From NCBI GenBank assembly GCA_032250835.1, contig JAVVEA010000007.1, forward strand, positions 1-64,000: a stretch of DNA of 64,000 nucleotides, read 5' to 3'. This document shows positions 36,791 to 47,539 of this stretch, piece after piece. Origin of the DNA: a bacterium (GTDB taxonomy: Bacteria; SAR324; XYD2-FULL-50-16). Made by a program: the position numbers and the translations under genes. The stretch's first letter is position 1. Every line of letters begins with the position of its first letter. The notes under the pieces are model-generated. The model was not told the origin of the DNA and did not search any database. It was given only the letters and a program-made list of their open reading frames with translations.

Positions 36791-38971
36791 TCAGCCCACC
36801 TTGCCGTTGGCGATTTGGGCGGAGTGGATTTCTTTGCCCGCTAGCATCAAGGCCCGCCCGTTCAGTTCAAATCGGTGTTCTTTGACGGTGAGCGGGGCGG
36901 CGAAAAAGTCGTCGATGCTGATCTCTTCGGTTTTGGCCTTTGGCTCTTCGCCTTCAAGATAAACCAACTGGCCGATCTCCGCTTCGGCCAAGTCAACGAC
37001 CTCTAACTTCTTCTTTTTCTCTACCGCCAAGACCATGCCCTGGCTTTGGACGCCGCGCAGGTTAGCGGCGGCTAAGTTGCTGGCCACCAATACCTTACGG
37101 CCCACCAATTCTTCGGCGGCGTAATATTTCACCAAGCCCGAGACAATGGTCCGGGGGCTGCCTTCGCCCAGGTCGATTTGCTCCACATACAACCGGTCTG
37201 CCTCGGGGTGGGGCTCACAGGAGAGGATTTTGCCCACCTTGATCTCGATCTTTGCCCAAGCTTGCATCGGGTCCACAGCCGGTTCGGCCTCTTCTTCCTC
37301 AAGATGCCGCTTGCCCGAGTAGCTTTCCTTAAGCTTCAAGATTTCTTTAGGGTCCAGTTTCTTAAAGAGCAGTTCGGGCAGCGCCGGGGTGACCGCTTCA
37401 AGGTGGGTCCAATGGCCCACATGGTCCTTCATATTGACCCCCTTCTGGCCGAAGAAAGCCAAAATCCTGCCCGAAGTCTCAGGCATATAAGGAGACAGCA
37501 GTTGGCCAATGTCATGCAACAAAAAGCAAAGCGCCACCAAGAGTTCCTTGGCTGCCGCCGGGTCTTCTTTGATCAGCTTCCAGGGTTCTTGTTCGTGGAA
37601 GTGCTTGTTGCCCAGCCGCCCCATAGCCAAAATGGTCCGCAGGGCTTCGCGTAGCTTGACCTCTTCTAGCTGGCCCATCACTTCGCCACCCAACCGCTTG
37701 ACCTCGGCCAAGAAGGGCTGCTGTCCCGGCGCGGCCACCAAAGGGCCTTCAAAGTTTTTGTGGTAAAAAACTAAGACCCGGTTGAGCAGGTTGCCGATGT
37801 TGTCGATGAAGTTGCTGTTTACATCCTCGATAAAACTTTCCCAGACAAAGTTGGCGTCTGCCGACTCGGGACGGATGTAGAGCAAATAAAACCGCCAGAG
37901 GTCAATGGGGATGTGCTTTTCTAGGTGGATAACGTCGGAGCCAAAGATACCGATACTGCGGCTTTTAGAAAACTTGCCCCCCTCGTAGTTGAGGTATTCG
38001 GTGCTGTTGATATGGTGTAGCAGGGTCCAATCGCGGCCGGTGCCGATCAGACTAGCCGGGAAGACCACCGTATGGAAGGGGATGTTGTCTTTGGCCATGA
38101 ACTGATACAGCCGCGTGCCCTTAGGATCAAACCACCAGCTTTCCCAACTTTCGGGGAAGCCCGCCTTGGTGGCCGAAATGTACCCAATCGGTGCGTCGAA
38201 CCAGACATAAAACACCTTGTTTTCATACCCTTCTTTGGGCACCGGCACCCCCCACTTAAGGTCACGGGTGATCGGTCGCGGCTGCAAGCCCCGGTCGATC
38301 CAACCCTGGGTAGTGGTCTCGGCGTTGGCGCTCCAATGACCCGCTTGATTAGAGGCCTGGTGCCACTCGGTCAAGGGCCCCTCGAGCTTAGGCAGGTCGA
38401 TATATAGGTGTTGGGTCTTTTGGGTGGTCGGTGCATTGCCACAAACCTGGCACTTGGGCTCTAGCAGTTCGGTGGGCTGTAATAGTTTACCGCAGGCTTC
38501 GCACTGGTCGCCGCGAGCCCCAGGGGTTTTGCAATGGGGGCAGATGCCTTCTACATAGCGGTCGGCCAGAAACATTTGGTCGTGCTCGCAGTAGGTTTGC
38601 TCTTGCTCCTGCTCGATCAACATCCCGCGCCGGTCCAAATCCAAGAAAATAGACTGCGTCACCTCCACATGCTCGGGGCAACTGGTACGGCCAAAGTAAT
38701 CAAACTGGATGTTAAAGGTCTTATACACCTCGGCGTGGATCTGGTGGTACTTGTCGCAGATCTCGCGCGGGCTTAAGCCTTCTTCGCGGGCTTTGTTTTC
38801 GGTCGCCGTGCCGTATTCGTCGGTAGCGCAGATGTAGAGGGTTTCATAGCCCCGGGCTCGGCAGTAGCGGGCGTAGACATCCGCCGAAAGGGTGGAGCCG
38901 ATGATGTTGCCTAAATGCGGGACGTTGTTGACGTATGGCAGGGCGGAGGTGATCAGGCGCTTAGTAGACAT
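36791..38971 (-). CDS. metG: Methionine--tRNA ligase with C-terminal tRNA-binding (EMAP/Trbp111-like) domain
   Basis: TSALPYVN..PHLGN, CATDEYG, YVWFDAPIGY, KFSKS, HPEADRLY..ID.GE..PRTIVSGL. Confidence 0.95.
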   Translation of the reverse strand: MSTKRLITSALPYVNNVPHLGNIIGSTLSADVYARYCRARGYETLYICATDEYGTATENKAREEGLSPREICDKYHQIHAEVYKTFNIQFDYFGRTSCPEHVEVTQSIFLDLDRRGMLIEQEQEQTYCEHDQMFLADRYVEGICPHCKTPGARGDQCEACGKLLQPTELLEPKCQVCGNAPTTQKTQHLYIDLPKLEGPLTEWHQASNQAGHWSANAETTTQGWIDRGLQPRPITRDLKWGVPVPKEGYENKVFYVWFDAPIGYISATKAGFPESWESWWFDPKGTRLYQFMAKDNIPFHTVVFPASLIGTGRDWTLLHHINSTEYLNYEGGKFSKSRSIGIFGSDVIHLEKHIPIDLWRFYLLYIRPESADANFVWESFIEDVNSNFIDNIGNLLNRVLVFYHKNFEGPLVAAPGQQPFLAEVKRLGGEVMGQLEEVKLREALRTILAMGRLGNKHFHEQEPWKLIKEDPAAAKELLVALCFLLHDIGQLLSPYMPETSGRILAFFGQKGVNMKDHVGHWTHLEAVTPALPELLFKKLDPKEILKLKESYSGKRHLEEEEAEPAVDPMQAWAKIEIKVGKILSCEPHPEADRLYVEQIDLGEGSPRTIVSGLVKYYAAEELVGRKVLVASNLAAANLRGVQSQGMVLAVEKKKKLEVVDLAEAEIGQLVYLEGEEPKAKTEEISIDDFFAAPLTVKEHRFELNGRALMLAGKEIHSAQIANGKVG

Positions 38972-39019
38972 TCCAGAGGTTCCTTCGCAAAAAAGTGGGA
39001 GCGGTGGAACCTCGGGACT

Positions 39020-41620
39020 TTAGACCGACGCCAAATCCACCAACTCAGTAGGTTCTAAAATCAAGATAATATCCCCGCTGCCCAAAATTGTCGAGCCGCT
39101 AATGCCGGGGATGCGGGTCAGGTATTGTTGCAGAGGCTTAACCACGATTTCTTGCTGGTTGTATAGATCGTCCACGATCACGCCCATCAGCTTGGTTCCC
39201 ACCTGCACGAAGACCACACTAACCACCCGGTCTTCTTCAAATTCCTTCTCCGGCAGTTCTAACAGCTTAGACAACCGCGAGACGCCAATGATCTCACCAC
39301 GCAGGTTGATCGCTTCTTTCTGCTTCAGTTGGTGCAGCTCAGACTCACGGATTTCGATGCTTTCTTTGACCGCTTCTAAGGGAATGGCAAACATTTGCCC
39401 CTGTTCGACCACCAACAGAGCGTCGATCACCGCCAAGGTCAAGGGCAGCAATAGCCGCACCTGGGTTCCCTGACCCGGTTCTGAGTCCACATCCACCGAA
39501 CCGTGGACCTTTTGGATATTGGTCATCACCACATCCATCCCCACCCCACGACCTGAAATATCGGTGACTTCTTCGGCGGTGGAAAAGCCGGGGTGGAAAA
39601 TGAAGTTAGCGATGGTTTTGTTGTCTAAAGTATCGGCCTGTTCGGGCCGCACCAACCCACGTTCAATGGCCTTTTCTAAGACCCGGGGTAAGTTCACGCC
39701 CGCACCATCGTCGATGATGTCGATCGCGATGCTGCTGCCAAGATGGCTGGCCTTGAGAATAATGTTACCCTGTTCGGGCTTACCGGCGGCGCGGCGCTTC
39801 TCGGGAGTTTCTACCCCATGATCGCAAGAGTTACGGATGATATGCACCAACGGGTCGCCGATCATCTCGATGATGGACTTGTCGATCTGGGTATTCTCAC
39901 CAACCATCTGCAATTGGATGTTTTTGCCCGTTTTGCGGGCAATGTCACGCACAATCCGGGGAATCTTTTGGAAGACCGTCTTGACCGGGATCAGGCGCAT
40001 CTCCATCAAGGTCGTTTGCAGGTCCTCACTGATCCGGTTAAAAGCGGACTCAACACCACGTAAGGTAGCGATTACCGTGCCGGGCAGGTTGGAACTGCTC
40101 AACTCGCCTAGGGTGTGGTTGAAGCTATTGCGCGCAATGATGAGCTCACCGATCAGGTTCATAAAAGTATCCAAGCGGTAAGAATCGACCCGCATGGTCT
40201 TTAGCTCGCTGGACTCTTCTTTTTTCTCTGCCGCCGGCGCACCTGCCTTTTTGGCCGGAGCCGTTTTCTTTACCGCCGGAACGCTTGCCGGGGCAGGAGC
40301 CCCGCCATTTTGGGCCTGTTGTTCCTTTAGTCCTTCTTCGCTCAGGCTGAGGTAGCGGTTCATCTCCGCTTCCAGTCCACTTTTCAGCAAAGTCGCCTGA
40401 TCTTTTACATCCGCCGCATTGGACTCTTCAGAAAGCACCGCCAAAACGATTTCTTCATATTGGTGGATCAGTTCCACCAACTGGGTGGCCCCGATTTTTT
40501 CAGCCGCCCCGCCGATAGTGCGCATGCTGCGTTGCAGCACCATCAGGTTTTCATGCCCAATGGTCCCTTGCACCAGTTCAGAACCGGCCACTTGCAGGGC
40601 GATGATGTGTTGGCTGCAGATGTTCTTAAAGGCGTCTAAGGGGCTGACCGCCTCACCCATAGCTCCTGCGGGAACGCTCGGGGTGGCCGGTTGTTCGGGA
40701 GCGGGGGCTTGCGGCGCAGCGGTTTCGCTGGAGGTCAAATACTTGTCGAGCAGGGCGATGGTTTCATCCACCTGGATCACCGAGATGTCTTCACCCATCT
40801 TGAGCATGAAGATCAAGGTACGCAGCAGGTCTAAGCTCTTTAACGTCAGATCGGCCAGTTCTGGGCTATAGGTGGCGCTTCCCTTGCGGATACGGTCAAA
40901 GACCGTTTCCATCTTATGGGCCAAGCGGTTGATCCGGCCAACGTTGACATAAGCGGCGGTGCCTTTGATCGAATGGATGGCGCGGAAGACTTCGTTGATC
41001 GCTTCGTTGTCGCCCGGCTCATTTTCCAGCTTGAGCAGGTTTTCTTCAATTGCTTGTAGGTGCTCTTCAGCCTCTTGGACAAATTCACCGACCAACTCCA
41101 TCACCATTGGGCCATCTTCTACCGGCGCTGCCGCCGGGGGCGGGGTTGGTGGGCTACCGGCCGAAGGGGCCGATTGCGGCTCAGCGGCTGGTTTGGGGGC
41201 GGCGGGCTTGGGAGCGCTGATGTCGTGGCCTGAATGGGCAGCGGCGATGGTCTCTAAGACCTCCATGGTGCCCGCCAATTCGTAATCGCTCTTTTGTTCT
41301 TCGACTAACTCAAAAACCATCAGTTTGAGCAGGTCAATTGCCGGAAGCAGGGTATCCATCAACTCTGGGTTGATCGACAGTTCCTCTTTGCGGATCATGT
41401 CAAAGATGGTCTCTAGCTTATGGGCCAGATGGTTGATCTCGTCGAGTCCCATGAAGCCTGCGGTACCTTTGATGGTATGCAGCACACGGAAAATCCCATT
41501 AACGATAGAAAGGTCCTCGGGGTTCTCTTCGATGGTTAGCAGATCGTTTTCGATCGCCTCGAAGGCCTCGTGGCTTTCCTCGACAAAGCCCTGGATTAAA
41601 TCATCCAATTCGTCCGACAT
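39020..41620 (-). CDS. cheA: Chemotaxis histidine kinase CheA with tandem Hpt domains
   Basis: FRVLHTIKG and FRAIHSIKG Hpt motifs, DPLVHIIRNSCDHG, SGRGVGMDVV, C-terminal CheW-like domain. Confidence 0.95.
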   Translation of the reverse strand: MSDELDDLIQGFVEESHEAFEAIENDLLTIEENPEDLSIVNGIFRVLHTIKGTAGFMGLDEINHLAHKLETIFDMIRKEELSINPELMDTLLPAIDLLKLMVFELVEEQKSDYELAGTMEVLETIAAAHSGHDISAPKPAAPKPAAEPQSAPSAGSPPTPPPAAAPVEDGPMVMELVGEFVQEAEEHLQAIEENLLKLENEPGDNEAINEVFRAIHSIKGTAAYVNVGRINRLAHKMETVFDRIRKGSATYSPELADLTLKSLDLLRTLIFMLKMGEDISVIQVDETIALLDKYLTSSETAAPQAPAPEQPATPSVPAGAMGEAVSPLDAFKNICSQHIIALQVAGSELVQGTIGHENLMVLQRSMRTIGGAAEKIGATQLVELIHQYEEIVLAVLSEESNAADVKDQATLLKSGLEAEMNRYLSLSEEGLKEQQAQNGGAPAPASVPAVKKTAPAKKAGAPAAEKKEESSELKTMRVDSYRLDTFMNLIGELIIARNSFNHTLGELSSSNLPGTVIATLRGVESAFNRISEDLQTTLMEMRLIPVKTVFQKIPRIVRDIARKTGKNIQLQMVGENTQIDKSIIEMIGDPLVHIIRNSCDHGVETPEKRRAAGKPEQGNIILKASHLGSSIAIDIIDDGAGVNLPRVLEKAIERGLVRPEQADTLDNKTIANFIFHPGFSTAEEVTDISGRGVGMDVVMTNIQKVHGSVDVDSEPGQGTQVRLLLPLTLAVIDALLVVEQGQMFAIPLEAVKESIEIRESELHQLKQKEAINLRGEIIGVSRLSKLLELPEKEFEEDRVVSVVFVQVGTKLMGVIVDDLYNQQEIVVKPLQQYLTRIPGISGSTILGSGDIILILEPTELVDLASV

Positions 41621-41636
41621 GGGGTACCTCTAAAGT

Positions 41637-42002
41637 TCAACCAAGCAGCATCTTGGCATTTTCGACCAATTGTTCGGCCTTAACGGGCTTAACCAGATAC
41701 AAATTCGCCCCTGCTTGGAATCCTTGCATCTTATCTTCGGCTTCGGCTTCTGTCGAGACGATGATGATGGGCACGTCTTTATGCACCTGTGAGGCGCGGA
41801 TTTCCCGGCAAAAGGTAAACCCGTCCATCTTGGGCATGTTGATGTCCACAATCATCAGATCGTAGTTCGCCTGCAAAGCTTTTTCCAGGGCATCATAACC
41901 GTTTTCCGCCTCGTCTACCGAAAACCCGGCGGACTTCATCATCACCGTGTGCAGGTTGCGCACAATTGGCGAATCATCGATGACCAACACTCTTTTGGAC
42001 AT
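41637..42002 (-). CDS. cheY: Single-domain response regulator CheY
   Basis: VIDDS, DINMPKMDG, YLVKP; inside the che operon. Confidence 0.88.
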   Translation of the reverse strand: MSKRVLVIDDSPIVRNLHTVMMKSAGFSVDEAENGYDALEKALQANYDLMIVDINMPKMDGFTFCREIRASQVHKDVPIIIVSTEAEAEDKMQGFQAGANLYLVKPVKAEQLVENAKMLLG

Positions 42003-42010
42003 GGGTCTCC

Positions 42011-43942
42011 TTATTCCAGTTCGTAGATCGCCTGTTCTAATGCTTCCAAGAGATCTTCCTCAGCCCCGTCCAACATAGCTTTCAGCTCGTCAAGCACCGA
42101 AACATCACCGAGCGTCTTATAGGCCTCGACCGCCTCGATCTTAACCCAGTCTGAAGGGGAATGCAAAAAGGGGCGCAAAATGACGCCCGCCTCATCCATT
42201 CCCTTTTGGACCAACAGTTGGATCAACTCAACATCGACCCGCTCGTGCCGGGCCGTCCCCTCTTCAACATACTTCTTCACAAAGTCGCTCAGCTCAGGTC
42301 CCGTGGGCATCATCCCCAAGCCGCGAACCGCCTCGACTTGAACCGCCGGGTCCGAATCCGCAATACCGCGCTCAATCAGTTCATAGGTCAACTGCTCTAA
42401 GTTTGCCAAGACCTTGAAGGAGATCACCCGGAGATGGGGATGCTCATCGCCTAAGGCCGCCAAGATTTTCTCTCGATGCGCTAAGGGGTCTTCAAAACCA
42501 TAAAGCTCCAGCGCCATGGCCCGCTCTTCGGGAGTAAAGGATTGCACGTAGGCCCTCACCCCTGAGTTGACGTTACGGGTGCCGATCTGGATCAGCGCGC
42601 CGTCGATGGCGTCCTTGACGTCCGGTTCGGTCTCTTGTTGCAGTTGAGCCACCAATAAGGAGACCATCTCGGAGTCTTCAGAACGCCCCAAGGCGTGGGC
42701 AGCGGCCAGCCGGATTTCGGCCTGCTGGTGGCCGATCATCCGCGCCAATTCTTGTTTCAGTTGAGGGCCATTCACCGATTCGGGCAGGTTTTCTAACACC
42801 GCGGCCACCAACTGGGGATCCCCCTGGCGCAGGCTCTCTAAAAACAACGCCTCTACCTGCGGACCCGTTCCTTTGCTGGCAACCTTCAGAGCCGCTTCCT
42901 TTTCACTTAGCGGCCCTTCAGGCTTAGACAAAATAACCCGGTAGGGCTCCAAATCCGCTTGGGGGAGTTCACCCAAGGCCAAGATCGCACGCTCGCGGAG
43001 TTCGGCGTCTGCTTCGCCGAGTAGCCCAACCAAGGCATCCTTGGCGGCTTCTAATTTAAAGCGCCCAATCAGGTCAATAGCGGTCAAGCGGTGTTCGGTG
43101 CTGCCTTCTTTAGCCAAATTGGATAAGGGCTGGGCCAATCCACTTAAGTCCAACTGAGCCATCTGCTCGGGTGATAAAGCTTGGGTGATCTGGTCCAAAG
43201 CGCTGGTCATCTCGCCGCCAAAAAAGCCCAGATCCTCGCCCCGTAAAACCTGTATCATCTCAGCTGCGGCTTCAGGGAAATGCAACTTGCCGATGCCTTG
43301 GATGCAGGTGATACGCACCACCATTTCTTCGCTAGTCAAGTAATGGCGCACCAAGCGCAGAGCCTTCAAGCCGCCAATGGTGGTGATGCCGCGGATCACC
43401 GCACACTTCATCCACTCATCCTCGGTGTCCAAATAGGCGGCCAAGATTTCCAAATGGTCTGAATTCCCGATTTCGCCCAGACCGTCGGCCGCAGTGGCGG
43501 AGATGTTCACATCGTTGTCGTCTAAGGCTACCACCAAAGCCTTCATGCTATCGTCGGAACGGATCGCCAACAGTGAGTCCACCGCGAACTTGCGCACATC
43601 CCGGTCCAGCGACTGGAGCTGACGTGCCAAAGCAGGCACCGCCACATCGCCCAAGCGGCTCAAGACTTCGCTAGAAAGATTTCGTAGCCGGACATCTTCG
43701 CTGGCCAAGTTGCCGACCAAAACCTCGGCTACTTCGGGCCCGCCCAAGTTGGCCAGAGCCGAAGCGCAGGCCTCGGCCACCGCGACGCTGGCATCGCCCA
43801 GCGCCTTGGCCAGATAGGGGACCGCTTCGCGGTACCCGCCGTACTCCAAGTCTTCGGCGGCATAACGGCGGCTGCTTTCATCTCCTTGTTCCAAATCGGC
43901 GATCAGCCGACTAAATTCTTTTTGGCGATTGTCGTCGCTCAT
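42011..43942 (-). CDS. HEAT-repeat protein of the chemotaxis operon
   Basis: Many L.D.D..VR..A..AL repeats. Confidence 0.85.
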   Translation of the reverse strand: MSDDNRQKEFSRLIADLEQGDESSRRYAAEDLEYGGYREAVPYLAKALGDASVAVAEACASALANLGGPEVAEVLVGNLASEDVRLRNLSSEVLSRLGDVAVPALARQLQSLDRDVRKFAVDSLLAIRSDDSMKALVVALDDNDVNISATAADGLGEIGNSDHLEILAAYLDTEDEWMKCAVIRGITTIGGLKALRLVRHYLTSEEMVVRITCIQGIGKLHFPEAAAEMIQVLRGEDLGFFGGEMTSALDQITQALSPEQMAQLDLSGLAQPLSNLAKEGSTEHRLTAIDLIGRFKLEAAKDALVGLLGEADAELRERAILALGELPQADLEPYRVILSKPEGPLSEKEAALKVASKGTGPQVEALFLESLRQGDPQLVAAVLENLPESVNGPQLKQELARMIGHQQAEIRLAAAHALGRSEDSEMVSLLVAQLQQETEPDVKDAIDGALIQIGTRNVNSGVRAYVQSFTPEERAMALELYGFEDPLAHREKILAALGDEHPHLRVISFKVLANLEQLTYELIERGIADSDPAVQVEAVRGLGMMPTGPELSDFVKKYVEEGTARHERVDVELIQLLVQKGMDEAGVILRPFLHSPSDWVKIEAVEAYKTLGDVSVLDELKAMLDGAEEDLLEALEQAIYELE

Positions 43943-43950
43943 CTTAGCCC

Positions 43951-44793
43951 TTACTTTCGGTAGGAGAGAGATTTCTGAAACTTAATCAACTTAAAGGCGG
44001 CGCTCAACTTGCCCACCGATTCACTATGACCCAAAAAGATAAAACCGCCGGGGTTCAAGGCGTCGTAAATCCCGCCGACCACCCGCTTGCGGGATTCTTC
44101 GTCAAAATAGATCAAAACATTGCGGCAAAAAGCAAAATCAAAGCCCTGCATCCGCCGCATGCTCATCCGGTCCATCAGATTTAGCTGCTGGAACTTAACG
44201 AACTTTACGATCTCGTCCTTGACCTTATACCGGCTGCTTTGCTCTTCAAAGTAAGCCCGCAGGTTTTGCGGCGTAACGTCTTTGACGGCTCGCTGATCAT
44301 ATACAGCCGCCTGGGCCTTGGCCAGGATTTTGGTGTCAATATCCGTTCCCACCACCTCAATCTGCCAGCGAGAAAAATCAGCCAGATGGTCCTTGAGCAG
44401 CATCACCAGCGTGTAGGGCTCCTCACCAGAGCTACAGGCCGCCGACCAGAGGCGCAGCTTAAAGTCGTTCCTTTTGCGTTTTTCCTCCACCACCATCAGC
44501 AAAGCTTCTTCGGCAAAGGATTCAAGCTGCGGGAGGTTGCGGTAGAAATAGGTCTCGTTGGTGGTCAGTTCTTCGATCAGTTGGTTGATCTCATCCCCAC
44601 CGCCGAGCTTGAGCAGGCGAAAGTACTCCTTCGCGCTTGAGGAGTTGGTCGCCTGCATCCGCTTTTGGACGCGCTTTTCGATAAAATAAAATTTCTTCTC
44701 TTCGAAGAAAAGGCCCGCTTGGGTCAGCACCAAATCCCGGATCGGGATCAGGTCTTCCGAAGCAATTGGCTCGTTATTACCCATCGGTATCAT
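43951..44793 (-). CDS. cheR: Chemotaxis methyltransferase CheR
   Basis: TTNETYFYR, WSAACSSGEEPY, GTDID, FCRNVLIYFD, LGHSES. Confidence 0.95.
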   Translation of the reverse strand: MIPMGNNEPIASEDLIPIRDLVLTQAGLFFEEKKFYFIEKRVQKRMQATNSSSAKEYFRLLKLGGGDEINQLIEELTTNETYFYRNLPQLESFAEEALLMVVEEKRKRNDFKLRLWSAACSSGEEPYTLVMLLKDHLADFSRWQIEVVGTDIDTKILAKAQAAVYDQRAVKDVTPQNLRAYFEEQSSRYKVKDEIVKFVKFQQLNLMDRMSMRRMQGFDFAFCRNVLIYFDEESRKRVVGGIYDALNPGGFIFLGHSESVGKLSAAFKLIKFQKSLSYRK

Positions 44794-45905
44794 ACCAACT
44801 CCCCCACCAGTTGGATCACTTTCTCGGCGATTTTATCTTCATCGAGAATGAATTCGGCTCCCCCCATTTCAACCACACGCCCCGGCATCCCAAAGACGAC
44901 GCAACTTTCTTCAGACTCGGCAATGCTGTGCCCACCGGCCTTATGGTGGGCCGTCAAGGCAGCGGCCCCATCGGCTCCCATGCCGGTCAGCATCACCCCC
45001 ACCCAGCGGTTACCTAAAGCTTCGCTTAAGCTTTCAAACAGCACATCCACCGAAGGCCGATAAATTTTCCCCGGTACATCGTCTAAAATCCGTACCATCA
45101 AGAGCTTATGGTTGCGGTGGTCCAGACGCATATGTTTGCCGCCCGGCGCGATATAGATGCAACCGGCTTCAATCACTTCGCCCTCTTCGGCTTCCTTGAC
45201 CCGCATCCCGCAAATATTATTCAACCGCTCCGCAAAGCTTTTGGTGAATTTTTCGGGCATATGTTGCGCGATCACAATGGAGCCCGGAAAATTGGCCGGA
45301 ATTTCCGGTAAGAGGCTCATCAAGGTCTTAGGCCCACCGGTCGAGACGCCAATGCCCACCACCACCCCTTGGGGCCCCTTCGGGGCCGGGCCCAAAGCGC
45401 CCTTGGGTGCCTGACCTACCGGAGTGAGAGGGGCCATAGGCCGGGGTTTGGGCACCGCCATCGGTTTTGGCCGGCTCGGCTGGCGACGGATAAAGGTATT
45501 GCGCCCCCGCGCCGAGGCGGCGGCTTTGATCTTTTCGCGGATCGCGCGGCCCTGAGTGTCGATGTCGCGGCTGATCGAACCCGAAGGTTTAGCCACAAAA
45601 TCTACCGCACCTAGCTGCAATGCCTCTATCGTTTCTTCGGCACCTTCTTGGGTCAAAGAGCTGATCATCACTACCGGGCGAGGGCAGTCGGCCATGATGC
45701 GCTTGAGGCACTCAAGCCCGTCCATCTGTGGCATGTTCACGTCCAGCGTGACCACGTCAGGATCAAATTGTTTGATTTTGTCGAGCGCAAACTTACCATT
45801 GATCGCCGTGGAAACAACTTCCAGGTCGGGATCCTGTTCGATAATTTTGCTCAATTCAGCGCGCATCAACGCCGAATCGTCTACTACCAAAACCTTATAG
45901 GGCAT
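44790..45905 (-). CDS. cheB: Chemotaxis response regulator/methylesterase CheB
   Basis: REC domain plus GVSTGGP, QHMP, LTGMGADG, VFGMP. Confidence 0.95.
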   Translation of the reverse strand: MPYKVLVVDDSALMRAELSKIIEQDPDLEVVSTAINGKFALDKIKQFDPDVVTLDVNMPQMDGLECLKRIMADCPRPVVMISSLTQEGAEETIEALQLGAVDFVAKPSGSISRDIDTQGRAIREKIKAAASARGRNTFIRRQPSRPKPMAVPKPRPMAPLTPVGQAPKGALGPAPKGPQGVVVGIGVSTGGPKTLMSLLPEIPANFPGSIVIAQHMPEKFTKSFAERLNNICGMRVKEAEEGEVIEAGCIYIAPGGKHMRLDHRNHKLLMVRILDDVPGKIYRPSVDVLFESLSEALGNRWVGVMLTGMGADGAAALTAHHKAGGHSIAESEESCVVFGMPGRVVEMGGAEFILDEDKIAEKVIQLVGELV

Positions 45906-45934
45906 TCGGGCTTACCTGAAAATTAAGAGGGGCA

Positions 45935-47503
45935 TTAGCCGTGCCCTATCTGCCGGCGTTCTTCGGCCTCGAGTTGTTCTAACTCGGCTTGTACGCCCAA
46001 GAGCGCATCACTACCGCTACCGTCAGCCCCCAAACCCTGCGCTTGGATGAGCGTATTGTTTAAGTCCATCAACACCACGATGTCGTCACTACCCACATCT
46101 TTGCTCATGCCACGGATAAAGATATTGCCGCGCTGGCTTAGCAACTCGCTGGGCGGCTCAAAGGTAGAAAGCAACACCTTGCGGATGCCCACCACTTTTT
46201 CCACCACCAATCCGGCCACTTCCGCTCCGGTATCGACAATCAAAATCTTGGTGTCTGGGGTGAACTCGTATCCAACGTTTTCCACCAACAAAGGTAGATC
46301 CACCACGCTGATCACGTCACCGCGCAGGTTGATCACCCCACGGATGAATTCGGGACTCTTAGGCACCGGGACCACTTCACGCACCGGGATGATCTCGTTA
46401 GCCGTGGCCACCTCTATGGCGTATTTTTCCCCGGCGAGCATGAACTCTAAGATCGGTACTTCTTCTTCGCGTTCCCCTTCGTCCTCAATTTCGACCTGAC
46501 TATCTTCTAAATCTTTGAGTTGGTCTTGCTCTTCAAAGCTGAACAGCTTTTCGAGCTTAAGCAACATCACGATCTGGGTCTTCCCTTCGCGCTCAAGCTT
46601 AATAACGCCCCGCAGTTGGTCTAACTGCTTCGCGTTGAGGGTGATGGGCGGCTCGGTGATCTCGCTTTCCTTGATCAGATAGACTTCGGTGATCATATCA
46701 ACAATCAAGCCCACCTTGATTCCTTCAATACGCACGATGATAACCGGCGGCTCTTCAATCTCTTTCTGCGATTTGACGGCCATCCGCTGCCCCAGGCGGA
46801 TTACCGGAATCACCGATTCACGCAGGTGGAAGATGCCTTCGACAAAGCTGTCCATTTCCGGCACGGGCGTGATTTCAGGCATTTGGATGATTTCTTCGAC
46901 CTGGATGCTTTGGATCGCAAAGCGCTCACGACCGATCGCAAAGCCAACCAAGAACAACTCGGGCGAGACCTCGACCACCACCTCTTCTTTAGCTTTGAGG
47001 TGTTCGTTGGCCGCTGTGACCTCGTGGTGGATATAAAAATCCTCCTCGTCGATCAGGGCTTCATGGTCGAGCAGCAGTAAAATCTCGTCATCATCCAGAC
47101 GGTAGGAACCGGAGATGTATTTTTGTTTCTCGCTAGAGACAAATTTGCTCGCACCTTGGATCGAGGAGTTGTTTAAGGTGACGATTCGGCTGATCGAATC
47201 GACCAGCATGCCCAATTTGCAGCCCTGCGAGTAAATCACGATCACCCGGCTCTGTTCATCTTGACCCTTCGGTTCCATTTGGAACCGGCGGCGCATGTCG
47301 ATGATGCTGATCACCTCACCGCGCAGGTTGATGATCCCCATAAAGTACGCAGGCGTCCGCGGGATGGCAGTGGGCTTTTTGGGGGTGATGATCTCCTCGA
47401 CACACATGATGTCGACCCCAAAGACCTCTTCACCTACGTAAAAGGTAATCTGCTGGACTTGGGACTCAATAGCCGTCTCGACAACGGCGGGTACGTTACT
47501 CAT
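45935..47503 (-). CDS. cheW: Triple-domain CheW
   Basis: Three CheW repeats: GIINLRGEV, GIFHLRESV, GVINLRGDV. Confidence 0.9.
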   Translation of the reverse strand: MSNVPAVVETAIESQVQQITFYVGEEVFGVDIMCVEEIITPKKPTAIPRTPAYFMGIINLRGEVISIIDMRRRFQMEPKGQDEQSRVIVIYSQGCKLGMLVDSISRIVTLNNSSIQGASKFVSSEKQKYISGSYRLDDDEILLLLDHEALIDEEDFYIHHEVTAANEHLKAKEEVVVEVSPELFLVGFAIGRERFAIQSIQVEEIIQMPEITPVPEMDSFVEGIFHLRESVIPVIRLGQRMAVKSQKEIEEPPVIIVRIEGIKVGLIVDMITEVYLIKESEITEPPITLNAKQLDQLRGVIKLEREGKTQIVMLLKLEKLFSFEEQDQLKDLEDSQVEIEDEGEREEEVPILEFMLAGEKYAIEVATANEIIPVREVVPVPKSPEFIRGVINLRGDVISVVDLPLLVENVGYEFTPDTKILIVDTGAEVAGLVVEKVVGIRKVLLSTFEPPSELLSQRGNIFIRGMSKDVGSDDIVVLMDLNNTLIQAQGLGADGSGSDALLGVQAELEQLEAEERRQIGHG

Positions 47504-47539
47504 GACCTATCCTGGTTCGGTTTCGGCGCGTGGGGGCCC

